DNA of 64,000 nt. It comes from Octopus sinensis (Eukaryota). Shown here piece by piece: positions 9,817 to 22,695 of this stretch. The stretch is taken from assembly GCF_006345805.1 (NCBI RefSeq), contig NC_042999.1, positions 83,080,001-83,144,000 on the forward strand, read 5' to 3'. Position 1 is the stretch's first letter. Each line of letters starts with the position of its first letter. Below the pieces are notes generated by a model. The model made no database searches. It saw only the letters and a program-made list of their open reading frames with translations, and had not been told where the DNA came from. Both the position numbers and the translations under genes were made by a program.

Positions 9817-12623
9817 TAAGGTAATAAAATATGATAAATGTACACATGCCTATTTACTGTCATACAAAAACATGATACCCACACACACTTGGAAGCAGAA
9901 GAAAAAAAATATATGACAAAATACATTTTATGCAGACAGAACCACACTCACTTGTCCACTGTGAGGAAGAACAGGACGCATACATAAGACAATGGAACAA
10001 CAACTACAATTACATTGCAGAAAAAGTATATTATAAATAGTAAAATATGAAATAAGAATGATAAGTCTTACATATTTTCTCGTTATAATATTTAATATAA
10101 AAACGTTTTGTTGCCGTTTCTGTGGCTGTTTTGTTGTGCTGCAGTTAGTAAAGTACAACAAAGCCAGTAATTATATACTATATATATATAAATATATATA
10201 TTTTTTTCTATCTGTCTCTCTCCCCACTCTTTCTCTTTTTGTCTCTAGCTGCTCACACGTGACCATCGTCCATTTTTTCTTTTCCTGTACAACTTTCTAA
10301 ATACTGGATGTTTTCTTTCTCTCTCTTTTGTCTTTTCTCTTTTCAAAGAAAATATTTCTCCCAGCGTTCACTATTTTTCTCTCGTTCTGGTCTAATGACC
10401 CTCCATGTTTGTTTTCGTTTGGTTTCCTTGTATGTCTCCGCTGCTCTGTTTTTGTTCCCAATGTTGACCCTCCATAAATCCTAAATTTTATTTGGAATTT
10501 ATGGGAGCAACTGTCTTCAAAGACTCATATGTCGTTGAATGCTGGAAATGAGGAGTAGGTAGATCGCCAACAACTGATGAAGAGCCGTTCTCTGTGTTGT
10601 TCTGTTTTCCATTTTTTCTTTCGTTTGCATATTTAACTCATTTGTTTTTGTACTTCAATGTTGGTGACATCCTGTACCCATATATGCACATATATATATG
10701 TGTGTACATATATATATATATATATATAGGCAAAGTTGTGGCTGTGTGGTGTGAATAATTGCTTCCCAAACAACGTGGTTCTGGGTTCAATTCCTGTCTG
10801 TGGTGCACCTTGAGCAAGTGTTTTCTACTATAGTCTTGGACTGACCAAAGTCTTGTAAGTGGATTTGGTAGATGGAAACTGAAAGAAGCCTGTTTATATA
10901 CAGGCTCACTCTGTCTATTTTTCAGTGTGTGTATGTCTTCATGCTTGTTTGTTCTCCACACCAATGTTGGTTTGTTTCCTTTTCCTGTAACTTGGCAGTT
11001 TGGCTAAAACAAGTTTTATGAAGCTTAAAGAAACAAACAAATAGTGGTAATGGTGGTGGGAGTGGCCATTTGTTCAACTAAACCTTTCAAGGCAGTGCTC
11101 CAGCCTGGCCACAGTCCAGTGACCAAAACAATATATATATATATATATATATATACATAAACACGTCAGTGCACACACACATACTACATATTTTCATTTA
11201 TGTTTTGTTTACTTATCTTCAGATTTGCTTTTTCTAATAATGTTGAAACTTGAAGAAACCACAGTCACACACACACGTGTGTGTGTGTGTGTGTGTGTGT
11301 AATATTAAGGTAATAAAATATGATAAATGTACACATGCCTATTTACTGTCATACAAAAAACATGATACCCACACACACTTGGAAGCAGAAGAAAAAAAAA
11401 TATATGACAAAATACATTTTATGCAGACAGAACCACACTCACTTGTCCACTGTGAGGGAAGAACAGGACGCATACATAAGACAATGGGAACAACAACTAC
11501 AATTACATTGCAGAAAAAGTATATTATAAATAGTAAAATATGAAATAAGAATGATAAGTCTTACATATTTTCTCGTTATAATATTTAATATAAAAACGTT
11601 TTGTTGCCGTTTCTGTGGCTGTTTTGTTGTGCTGCAGTTAGTAAAGTACAACAAAGCCAGTAATTATATACTATATATATATAAATATATATATTTTTTT
11701 CTATCTGTCTCTCTCCCCACTCTTTCTCTTTTTGTCTCTAGCTGCTCACACGTGACCATCGTCCATTTTTCTTTTCCTGTACAACTTTCTAAATACTGGA
11801 TGTTTTCTTTCTCTCTCTTTTGTCTTTTCTCTTTTCAAAGAAAATATTTCTCCCAGCGTTCACTATTTTTCTCTCGTTCTAGTCTAATGACCCTCCATGT
11901 TTGTTTTCGTTTGGTTTCCTTGTATGTCTCCGCTGCTCTGTTTTTGTTCCCAATGTTGACCCTCCATAAATCCTAAATTTTATTTGGAATTTATGGGAGC
12001 AACTGTCTTCAAAGACTCATATTGTCGTTGAATGCTGGAAATGAGGAGTAGGTAGATCGCCAACAACTGATGAAGAGCCGTTCTCTGTGTTGTTCTGTTT
12101 TCCATTTTTTCTTTCGTTTGCATATTTAACTCATTTGTTTTTGTACTTCATGTTGGTGACATCCTGTACCCATATATGCACATATATATATGTGTGTACA
12201 TATATATATATATATATATATAGGCAAAGTTGTGGCTGTGTGGTGTGAATATTGCTTCCCAAACAACGTGGTTCTGGGTTCAATTCCTGTCTGTGGTGCA
12301 CCTTGAGCAAGTGTTTTCTACTATAGTCTTGGACTGACCAAAGTCTTGTAAGTGGATTTGGTAGATGGAAACTGAAAGAAGCCTGTTTATATACAGGCTC
12401 ACTCTGTCTATTTTTCAGTGTGTGTATGTCTTCGTGCTTGTTTGTTCTCCACACCAATGTTGGTTTGTTTCCTTTTCCTGTAACTTGGCAGTTTGGCTAA
12501 AACAAGTTTTATGAAGCTTAAAGAAACAAACAAATAGTGGTAATGGTGGTGGGAGTGGCCATTTGTTCAACTAAACCTTTCAAGGCAGTGCTCCAGCCTG
12601 GCCACAGTCCAGTGACCAAAACA
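9653..12623. repeat. Tandem duplication, unit ~1.49 kb (~9653-11130 and ~11131-12623)
   Basis: CACGTCAGTG at 9671 and 11162 (offset 1491); about 99% identical; junctions lie in (TA)n tracts. Confidence 0.95.
10729..11130 (+). mobile_element. Diverged SINE family A (second copy at ~12222-12623)
   Basis: TGTGGCTGTGTGG head, CACCTTGAGCAAGTG segment and GTGCTCCAGCCTGGCCACAGTC tail. Confidence 0.75.
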
Positions 12624-12657
<34 letters not shown>

Positions 12658-13344
12658 GGCTGTTGTTACTTTTGCAGAACTGTTGCATGTGGTCTTGTTG
12701 CTGTTGTCAAGCCTCAGTGAGCTCTGCACAAGTAGACCATTACAATCACTCAACAGCCTTCTAATTAAATGTCTGGTCTGGGTGGCCTCATATCCTCCAC
12801 TCATCTAGAATCACCATACCTATATGATCTCTATCATGTTCTTGTTTATCATTTAACTACAGGTCACTTCTCATTAAACATGATCAAAGAAGGGAGGAAT
12901 GCATTAGACTATGATGATAATATTTTTCTATGAGTTGCTTTTTCCATTCTTATTTTCTTACATCTGAAGACTTCATTCCTGAGTCTCATCTGACATGTCT
13001 TATTTTCTTTCTTTCTTTTAAAGCTGCTTGTGAATTTAGTTTCAAAATCATTATACATATATTAGAGGAAATGAATCCAAGGTAGATTCATCATAGGGTT
13101 AAGTGATGAGTGGTGTGGCTAGTAAGCTACTCGGTAACTATATTTGCAGGCCTATATCAATATGCAACTACATAGTGTAACTGGATTAGTTGACTGAAAA
13201 ATACTATGACTGCCTCCCTTCTCTGCACACACATATAGATATGTATGCATAGCAAACATACATGCATACATAACAGATATACATGTTTACATATGTGTAT
13301 ATGTGTGTGTGCATGTATGTTTGTATGTATGTGTGTGTATATAT

Positions 13345-13835
13345 CATCATCATCATCGTTTAACATCTGTTTTCCATACCGGCAAAGGTTGGACGGTTTG
13401 ACTGAGGACTGGCAAGCCAGTAGGCTGCACCAGGCTCCAATCTGATCTGGCAAGGTGTCTACAGCTAGATGCCCTTCCTAATGTCAACCACTCTGAGAGT
13501 ATATTGGGTGTTTTTTACATGCCACTAGCATTTGAGCCAGTCAGGGGACACTGGCATCGACCACATTTGAATGGTGTTGAATGATGGTTTTTACATGCCA
13601 CCGGCACTGGGAGCCAGTCAATCAGCACTGGCATCAACCCATGTTCAAATGGTGCTTACTGCATGCCACCAGCACAGGTACCAGCCAGAGGGCACTGACA
13701 TCAGCCATGACTACTATTTAACTTGACTCAACAGGTCTTCTCAAGTACAGCATATTGCCTGACGATTCAAGAGTACTTTTAAATGGGTTGGTTATGCAAC
13801 ACCAGCTGTGATCTCACCTTATTTGCCGGGTCTTT
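13345..13835 (-). mobile_element. RTE LINE 3' end (last ORF2 codons, 3' UTR with three tandem units, (GAT)n tail)
   Basis: Reverse complement reads EKTRQIR*, then three GTGC(C/T)GGTGGCA(T/C)GTAAAAA-type units and ...GTTAAACGATGATGATG. Confidence 0.8.
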
Positions 13836-14269
13836 TCATATATGTGTCATCATTATCAGCTAATATCCCTTTACCATGCTGGCATGGGATTGATGGATTG
13901 ATGAGCTGGCAACCTGGATAACTGCACCAGGCCACAGTCATATATATGTGTTTGTGTGTGTGTGTGTGTGTGTGCATGCATGTAAAAACATAATTTCTCT
14001 TTTGTCCTTCCCATGTCAACTGTATCATCACTTCTACCCTGTTTCTGCTCTCTTCTTGCTTCCATTTACCTCCCCAAACTCATGCACCATTGGCCATCCC
14101 CACCCCTCTTTATCCACCATTCCCTACAACCACCCTTCAATCCTACCCAATGCTTACCGATGTTTCCCCTCCTTCCATCCTTTTACTTTCTTGCAAACAA
14201 CACTCACTCACACTCCTAGTTTCTCTAATTCCACTCCCTTCTTCTCACCTTGTACCTTGACCATTTAGA

Positions 14270-14430
14270 TACTAACCCACCAGGAAACCGCCTCTGACTC
14301 TGTTGTACAAATGTCTTGTTTTCATAAGTTCTGAATCAAAATCTTCCATTAAACCTCAGTCACCATTTATGTTCCTAACACTAGCTTAATGATAACCAAC
14401 TTATTTTACTAAATATTTTATTATATTTAA
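14270..14430 (-). mobile_element. piggyBac-like MITE P1, internal fragment
   Basis: TACAAATGTCTTGTTTTCATAAGTTCTGAAT...TTTATGTTCCTAACACTAGCTTAATGATAACC matches the reverse complement of 38411-38632. Confidence 0.75.
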
Positions 14431-15152
14431 CGTGCCCCAGCATGGCCACAGCTCATGAGCTGAAACTGGAATCAATCAATCAATCAATCAACTGAAAGAA
14501 ACACAGAGTGATACCATACTATATGCCGTTCTTTTCTAAATTAATTGAATATAGTTTGAAGAATGTGGATGCCAATATACATTAAGATAGCAATGAGAAT
14601 AATAAGTATTTGTGATTGCAATTATATAATACAGAATACGTTAAAGAATTTAATTACATCTAATTAGATTTACTATTCATATACATGTTGCATGTATGGT
14701 TAAGATGTTGGCTTCACCACCATATGTCTCCAGGTTTTGATCCTGCTGTGTTGTGCCATGGGCAAGAATCTTTTACAATGCTGTTAGGTTGATCAATACT
14801 TTGTCAGTGAAATTTGGTTTTATGGAAACTGTACGGAGTGTGTTTGTGTTAAGTTTACACTGGTCTGTATCCCGCAAACTAGAATTTTGACCAACAGATG
14901 TAGATGTAATGACTACCAGGCTGGAATAAGAACTGGGGCTAACGTGGTTGACTATGACCATTTATGGCAGAACACAGCTTGGCTGCAATTCTACGGCTGA
15001 AATTGCTAAATAGAAAATATATTTAGTTGTATGTAAACATAATAAAAAAAATTATATCTATATATATCTGTGTGTGTATGTACATACATGTTTTCATCTG
15101 AGCTATCACTTCGTTCTATCATTACTCTGTACACTATTGTTATTTATTATTA

Positions 15153-15173
15153 TTGTTACTGTTATCATCATCA

Positions 15174-15232
<59 letters not shown>

Positions 15233-15263
15233 GCTATTATTATTATTATATTATTATTATTGC

Positions 15264-15300
<37 letters not shown>

Positions 15301-15391
15301 TATTATTATTATTATATTATTATTATTATTATTATTATTGCTATTATTATTATTATTATTATTATTGCTATTATTATTATTATTATTATTA

Positions 15392-15425
<34 letters not shown>
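15153..15425. repeat. Long (ATT)n microsatellite with GCT interruptions
   Basis: Read directly; source of the poly-I/L/Y ORFs. Confidence 0.98.
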
Positions 15426-15426
<1 letters not shown>

Positions 15427-15548
15427 CCTTTGAAAAATATTTATTCTTATAAATATTTTTTCAATTATTTATTGATTTATTTCATTTTGCTAGATTTACA
15501 CTGAAATTGGATGTTATAATCTGATTATATATATATATATCTATATAT

Positions 15549-15738
15549 ATGCATTTATATATGGATATATATATATATATCTTTATGCATATGGATATAT
15601 ATATCTTTATGCATATGGATATATATCTTTATGCATATGGATATATATATATCTATGCATATGGATATATTTATATCTTTATGCATATGGATATATATCT
15701 ATATATATGCATTTATATATGGATATATATATATATAT

Positions 15739-15779
<41 letters not shown>

Positions 15780-15780
15780 C
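15549..15780. repeat. TA-based minisatellite (CTTTATGCATATGGATATATAT-type unit)
   Basis: The unit recurs about six times with variable TA number. Confidence 0.9.
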
Positions 15781-16093
15781 ACTTGTATATATATATATTC
15801 TTTACATTTCAATGTTGAATGAAATAATTATAACTTAACTTTAATTCATGCATATTGAAATATCCTGTTTTGATCTGTATCTACATATGTTTTCAAAAAT
15901 GTGCGTGTATTTGTGTGCATTTGTGAATATATTATGTGTATCATGTACGCAGGTGAAGTATTTGTATACGCACACATACTCACACACAATAAATACGATT
16001 TTTATGCAACATATACAATATTTATATAATGTTTGTACAATACATGCACATACAAATGACCCACTATATACATATAGTATATATATAATATAT

Positions 16094-16171
<78 letters not shown>

Positions 16172-17678
16172 TATGTGTAAGCATTTAGAGGAAATATAAC
16201 ATAACAAAAAATGTGTCTGTATTCATATGTGTAGCGTATATATATAATGTATGTATGTAATGTTTGTGTATGTGCATGTATGTTTACTTCTTTGCGTATA
16301 TGGCGAGTAGAAGAGAAAATGAGTGTGTGATTGGCAGAATGTGGGTCTGTGTGCGTTTGTATAATTGTATGTCTTGAATGTTCATATATGAAAGGAAATG
16401 ACAGGCTATCTATTATCTCAGGATTATTTAAATACAGAGCATTTGAATAAATTTCAATCAGAATTAATGAGCTGATGATGAAACAGATGGATCATCTTTA
16501 GTATTGTCATTATCATCATCATCATCATCATCAGCATCATCATCATCACTATGACTGTCATCATTACCATAGCCATTATTAGGAACATTATGGTGATTGT
16601 TTCTTATTGATCTGTGTTCTGCCTTCTCCCATCACAACCATCATTACCACCACCACCACCACCATCATCACCACCACCATCTTAGCCAGCATCATTGTCA
16701 TCGCCTTCATCATCGTTATCATCAGTCCTCATTATCCTTATCATTGTTGTTGTTGTTGTTGTTGTCGTCATCTTCGTTGCTGTCATCATCGTTGTTGCTT
16801 CCCTTATTGATTTTTGCTTGATTTTTATTTTATATATATTGTTCATTTACTAGACAAAAATGAAATGCAACATATTTATTATCCTTGCTGAAAGTTTAGG
16901 GTAATAACCCTAATATTATTCTACAGGAAAGCCGTTTGTTCTAAAGTTAAGGGGAAATATAATACGCTTTTCTTTATTTTCTTGTGTTCTTGTTCTCTCT
17001 TGAATTCTATAAGGTTTCATAGAAAATGGATTAGATAAAGGAAAATTTGAAAAACCCCCAATGTTTGTTTAGATAATAGTAATGTTTAGATAATAGTATT
17101 ACATGCATATTCTTCCATGTAATTATCCTTCAGAATACAATGTTGTAATGCCAATAATATTAGTGATACCAGGATCTGTTATTTGTTTCCGCAGTTGGAC
17201 TGCAGTGGCCATACTGGAGCACCACCACGAAGAGTTTTTAGTTGAATGAATCACCTCCTCCCCACCAGTACTTATGTTTTTAAGCCTGGTACTTATCTGT
17301 TGATCTCTTTTTGCTGAACCACTAGGTTACAGGGAACGTAATCGTACTGACACCAGGCTGCCCATATTGGAGGGTTTTTAGTTGAACAAGTCAAGCCTGG
17401 TGTTTATTTCTCTGAGTCTGATGCTTATTCTAATGATCCCTTTTGCTGAGCTAAATTATGGCAGTGTAAACAAACCCACACTGGTAGCACTAACACAAAC
17501 ACAAAAACACACACACCTCTAGATATATGTGCTCACACACACGCTTGCACACACACACACGCTTGCACACACACACACACACACACACGATGGGCTCCTT
17601 TCAATTTCCATTTGAGGGAACATAAGTGAAAACTGGTTCTCAAGCAGTGGGAGGATATAAACACACAGACACACACAC

Positions 17679-18399
17679 AAAGTGGACAAATCACTTTAGG
17701 TAGATGACCCTCCCCAATCTGTAGGAAAGGCATCGGTAGAAACTCCATATGATGTACCCATTGTAAGCTATGGACACATAAGAGGTGTAGCAATATCAAA
17801 GGAAGACCAACTGGAAAGACAGAATGTAAATGCACAGGGGCAATAAACACTGAAAATATGCAGAAAACAGCTTCCATCATATGCCAGGGGGTAAAACTAG
17901 AAGTAGTTGATAGCTTCCATTACCTAAGTGACCAAATCAGTAGTGGGGGGGGGGGTGCTCTGCTAGAACATGAATAGCCTGGGCAAAGTTCAGAGAGCTC
18001 CTACCTCTGCTGGTAACAAAGAACCCCTTGCTCAGAATGAAAGGTAGACTGTATGATGCATGTGTGTGTGAACAGCCTTGCTACACGGCAGTGAAACATG
18101 GGCTGTGATTGCTGAGGACATGCATAAGCTTGCAAAGAATGGAGCTAGTATACTCCACTTGGATGTGTAATGTCAGTGTGCATACACGACAGGATGTAAG
18201 CACCCTGAGAGAAAAATAGGACATAAAAAGCATCAGATGTGGTGTGCAAGAGAGATAACTGTGTTGGTGTGGTCATGTGTTGCATATGGATGAGGGCAGC
18301 TGTGTGAAAAAGTGTCACACGCTAACAGTGGAGGGAACCTGTGGAAGAGGTGGACATGGGAAGACATGGGATGAGGTGGTGAAGCACGACCTTCGAATG
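17679..18399 (+). pseudogene. Decayed RTE-clade LINE ORF2 fragment (PHD finger, FxYLG motif, thumb/C-terminus)
   Basis: Translates with stops/frameshifts as PICRKGIGRNSI*CTHCKLWTHKRC...KLEVVDSFHYLSD...LHGSETWAV...GRGGHGKTWDEVVKHDLR; typical RTE C-terminal motifs. Confidence 0.85.
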
Positions 18400-18660
18400 C
18401 ATTGTTTGTGCCTTCTCAACTACACACCCCTCGTTGAGCGGTTAATATAATTTTTCTTTTGTTTGGCAGTGTAGTGGTTGTGGTGTGGTGTTTGTTTGAT
18501 GGTACTTGGAATCCATAGCTTTTGGTACTAAAAGAAGCCTTCACTTTGTCACACATTTTCCGATTCCTGAAAATGATGTTGATAATGTCAAGTGACTTTC
18601 AGAGAAGCATTGCACATTGTACTTACATCCGCTGATGGCTGAGTGAGCTGTGGTTTATGT

Positions 18661-18692
<32 letters not shown>

Positions 18693-19177
18693 ATGCTCAA
18701 ATGAACTCTGAATACTTCTTCTCATCCACAAACATATACACATATTCACCTTATGCACACTGTCCTTGCTTACATACGCATATATACATGCAGATACACA
18801 CACACACACACTCTCTTTCTGATAGGTTATTCACCTGTTGCTCTTTCAAATGCAGATGCATGCATGTTTTGCATTAGAATATGAGGATAGGAGGAAGGCA
18901 TATGTACACACGCTCATGTACAATTTGTGGTTTGGTGTCTGTGATGTGATATGTTGTTGACAGCAGATAATGTTCAGAGGTACCCACCCTATACCTCACA
19001 CACATGTATATGCTGCTATGATTAACTCTAGACCTGTCACTCCCATATCTGCTGATCAGTTAGGAAAATCTTCTGACTGTCTTTGACTCGGTTTAACACC
19101 ACTAGCTACCAGGTCACAGAGACCCACAAGAATTTGTGACTTGGTCAAAATGTGTTTTGAAATATACAATATATATA

Positions 19178-19210
<33 letters not shown>

Positions 19211-19212
<2 letters not shown>

Positions 19213-20424
19213 GCCCTACTCAACCTATAGAAAAGGCGTAGGTAGAAACTCCATAAGATGCTCCCAGTGTAAGCTTTGGACACATAAAAGGTGCAACAAT
19301 ATCAGAGGAAGGTTAACAGGGAAACTAGCTTTTGTATGTGGAAGATGCACAGGTACAATAAATGCTGAAAATGTGCAGAAAATAGACTCCATCAACAGCC
19401 GTTGGGGCAAGCTAGAGGTAGTAGATAGCTTCTGTTATCTAGGTGACCAAGTTAGTAGTGGAAGTGGATGCTCCAAAGAGAATAGCTGCTAGAATAAGAT
19501 TACACTGGGTAAAGTTGAGAGAGCTCCTACCCCTGCTGGCAACAAAGGACCTCTCTTTCAGAGTAAAAGATGTCTGTGTGTGAACAGCTATGCCGCATGG
19601 CAGTGAAACATGGGCAGTGACAGCCAAGGACATGCGTAGACTTGAAAGAAATGGAACTAGCATGCTTCAATGGATGTGCAATGTCAGTGTACATGTTCAA
19701 AAGAGTGTAAGCACCTTGAGAGAAAAGTTAGGCATAAGAGGCATGAGATGTGGTGTGCAAGAGAGACGTCTGTGCTGGTATAGTCATGTGATGAGTATGG
19801 ATGTGGACAGATGTGTAAAGAAGTGCTGATCTCTAACTGCGGAGGGGACCTGTGGTAAAGATAGACCCAGGAAGACATGTGATGAGGTGGTGAAGCATTA
19901 CCTTCAAACTTTGAGCTTCACAGAGGAAATGACGAGTGACTGAGACCTTTAGTGATATACTGTGCTTGAGAGGACCTGTCAGGCCATGGTCACCCATGCT
20001 GGTGGCATTTAAAGAACATCTTTCGAGTATTGGGCCTCACAGAGGCAAAGTGGTCAAGTTCCTTTTGAATGTTGGGCCTCACAGAGACAATGACCAAGAC
20101 CTTTGGTATTATGTCACACTTGAGAAGAAGATCCATCAAGCTGAACAAAATCACAATTGTGGCAGATACCAGTGTCACACAAATTGGCACTTGTGCTGGT
20201 GGCATGTAAAAGCACCCCTGCATCATGCAAATGGCACCTGTGCCAGTGACACGTAAAAGCATCCATTATACTGTGAGTGGTTGATGTTAGGAAGGAGATC
20301 CAGCCATAGAAAACCATGCCAAATCAGACTGGAGTCTGGTGTAACCTTCCAGCATGCCAGCCTGTTCAAACTATCCAACCCATGCCAGCATGGATAATGG
20401 ACGTTAAATGATGATGATGATGAT
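19211..20424 (+). mobile_element. 5'-truncated RTE-clade LINE: ORF2 C-terminus, 3' UTR and (GAT)n tail
   Basis: RKGVGRNSIRCSQCKLWTHKRC...FCYLGD...HGSETWAVTAKDMRRLERN...ERRLCWYSHVM; frameshifts; ends GGACGTTAAATGATGATGATGATGAT. Confidence 0.9.
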
Positions 20425-20534
20425 ATATATATATATATGACAAGACTGGTAGCATTGACCTGGTAACATTGACCGAGCAACAAAATGAATCACAGCCTCT
20501 GCCAAACTCTTCAATGTTAAGGTGATAGAGAGAG

Positions 20535-20613
20535 CCAATCAATGATTGGTGTCTGATAGGATTTCTGTCTAATAGGATTATCAGACACCAATCATTGATT
20601 GGTGTCTGATAAT
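20535..20613. repeat. Three-arm perfect inverted repeat
   Basis: 20535-20558 pairs perfectly with 20579-20602 (24 bp, 20-nt loop); 20577-20613 is an 18-bp-arm palindrome with a 1-nt spacer. Confidence 0.95.
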
Positions 20614-21038
20614 TGGTTATTAGCTACTGATAAAACCTCAATCATCTTTCATCATTTTAATGTCCATTTTTCCATGCTTGCACGGTTTGAATGGTCTCCT
20701 ATCCTCATCTGTTACCAAGCAAGATATTATTTCTATGGTCAGGCATATTTCCACAGAATATTGGTTTCAAGTTTTTGCACAAGACAAGCAATTTTAGGGC
20801 AGTGTCCAGTGTCCAAACTTGTACTTATTTCATTGACCCATGAAAAGAGTAAGAGTTGACCCCAGCAGCATTTGAACCCAGAATGTAAAGTTGAAAGAAA
20901 TGTTGCTAAGCATTGTCTCCAGCATAGTTACGATTCTGCCTAATCTCTACAGAGGATTGGAAATAAATGATATTCATTTCCAACAACCATGTGATATCAA
21001 GACAAGGAAACAAAATATACACACTCACAATACTGACA

Positions 21039-21069
<31 letters not shown>

Positions 21070-22199
21070 ATATATATGTATTGTCTACTAAATCACAAGG
21101 CTTTGGTCAGCCCAAGTTTATAGTAGAAGACATTTGCCCAAGGTACCACACAGTGGGACTGAACCCCGTCCATGTGGTTAGGCAGCAAACTTCTTAGCCA
21201 CATGGCCACACTTGTTACATAACAAAGTAAACAGTAGGAACCATGGAAACTAGTGATGGTCTGTGTTACCAGTTAGTTAGTATAAACAGTTCAAAAGAGG
21301 AATGAATTGGTTTGCTAACACTTTGGGTAGGCGCCTTTGTTGGAGAGTACTGTCTTTTCTTCTTCCTTTCTGCCAACCAATTTTTTACACTTTTGAACTG
21401 TTAGGTATTTCGTCTGTTGCTTTACTATTCCACTGCCTTATTGATTGGTACTAATATTGATTGCTATTCTCGTACGATATAAATAGAGCCATCTAAATGT
21501 TGAGTTGTTGTCAAGCATAGGTATTTCAAGGGTTGTGTATGTCAGTATCATTCATAGTTTTTGTATTGTTCAAATGTCTTTATATCTTTATATATGTGGT
21601 TGATTGCACAGGAAATTTCAAGGATGGATGTTGTTGTTGTTAAGGCCCGGTGAGCCATGATCAAGTTGACCCATGATAGATGGCATTTAAAATATCTATG
21701 ACTACATAATTTGCACTTTTTTTTATTTGTTCATTTATCTAAAATGGTGAGATTTTTTGTTTTGAGAGATTTGACTGCCATTTCTTGCAGTTGGTGTGGC
21801 TATATAACTATTCTCCCTGACTTGCTCATAAAGGTTGAAATATCGTTCTGTTGTATCAAGCTCATAAAACTGTTGTTGCTGTATCATTCTGGTGCGATAT
21901 TAATATGTTTAAGTTATCAGGAATCTACAGTGATTTGGCACCCAAAGCGGTATGCCAAAATAGCTGTAAAATGATGATGACAACACCTACGGTGATCATG
22001 ATGATGGATGTATTAATGGGCTATTTTGTGGCAGGCAGTTGCAATAAACTGTTTGGATTATACAAACTTGCTATGTGCAATCCTTTAGGCTAAGAAAATG
22101 AAATGAATCTTTTTTTTTTTTTTGTAACTTTTTTTTTAAATTTGATATGTTGCAACAGTATGAATCATTATTTTTGAGCAAATAGATAAACTCTATTAT

Positions 22200-22480
22200 A
22201 TCATCATCATCATCGTTTAACGTCCACTTTCCATGCTTGCATGGGTTGGACAATTTGACTGAGGACTGGAGAACCAGATGGCTGCACCAGGCTCCAATCT
22301 TGATCTGGCAGAGTTTCTACAGCTGGATGCCCTTCTTAATGCCAACCTCTCCAAGAGTGTATTGGGTGCTTTTATGTGCTACCGGCACGGGGGCCAGTCA
22401 GGCGATACTGGCAACAACCTTGCTCGAATGTTTTTTCACGTGCCAGTAAGGCGACACTGGTAACGATCACACTCGAATGG
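22200..22480 (-). mobile_element. RTE 3'-UTR fragment (family C)
   Basis: CATCATCATCGTTTAACGTCCACTTTCCATGCTTGCATGGGTTGG and the following body. Confidence 0.85.
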
Positions 22481-22499
22481 TGCTCTCTCAACCCATTAG

Positions 22500-22695
22500 C
22501 ACTCTGTCTTCCTTTTCTCTTGGACTTTCCTCCGTCTCCTGTTTCTTACGAAGAGCTTTGCTTGCAATGTAAAACCACCTTTCTTTCCTTCCCTGAGTGT
22601 CTGCTAATACTTGTGCTAATACTTTGCATGTACCACATCCTCACATTGTTGTTTTTTTCTAGTTGTATTTGGTCTTCATTTATTTTGGATTTACT
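22500..22695 (+). mobile_element. Short pyrimidine-rich element with a decayed minimal hammerhead motif (copy 1)
   Basis: GTTT CTTACGA A GAGC TTT GCTT GCAATGTA AAAC (22541-22575); downstream CCTGAG...CTAAT...TGTTGTT...GATTTACTATATA is shared with the 29.5-kb copy. Confidence 0.5.

Noticed and set aside
10574-10594. CTGATGA A GAG...CTC as a further hammerhead (duplicate at ~12066)
   Set aside because: No GAAA after the stem, and no valid NUH site in the permuted arrangements I tried.
16472-16484. CTGATGA-T-GAAAC hammerhead-like string
   Set aside because: No stem II and no stem I/III pairing; it lies in GAT-rich sequence.
16896-16913. Head-to-head TTAGGG/CCCTAA as a telomere fusion scar
   Set aside because: One unit on each side; expected by chance.
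19108-19145. 11-bp hairpin ACCAGGTCACA/TGTGACTTGGT
   Set aside because: About one such stem is expected by chance in 64 kb.
21285-21402. 13-bp inverted repeat AACAGTTCAAAAG / CTTTTGAACTGTT as MITE ends
   Set aside because: No TSD, no extension and no second copy; plausible by chance in AT-rich DNA.
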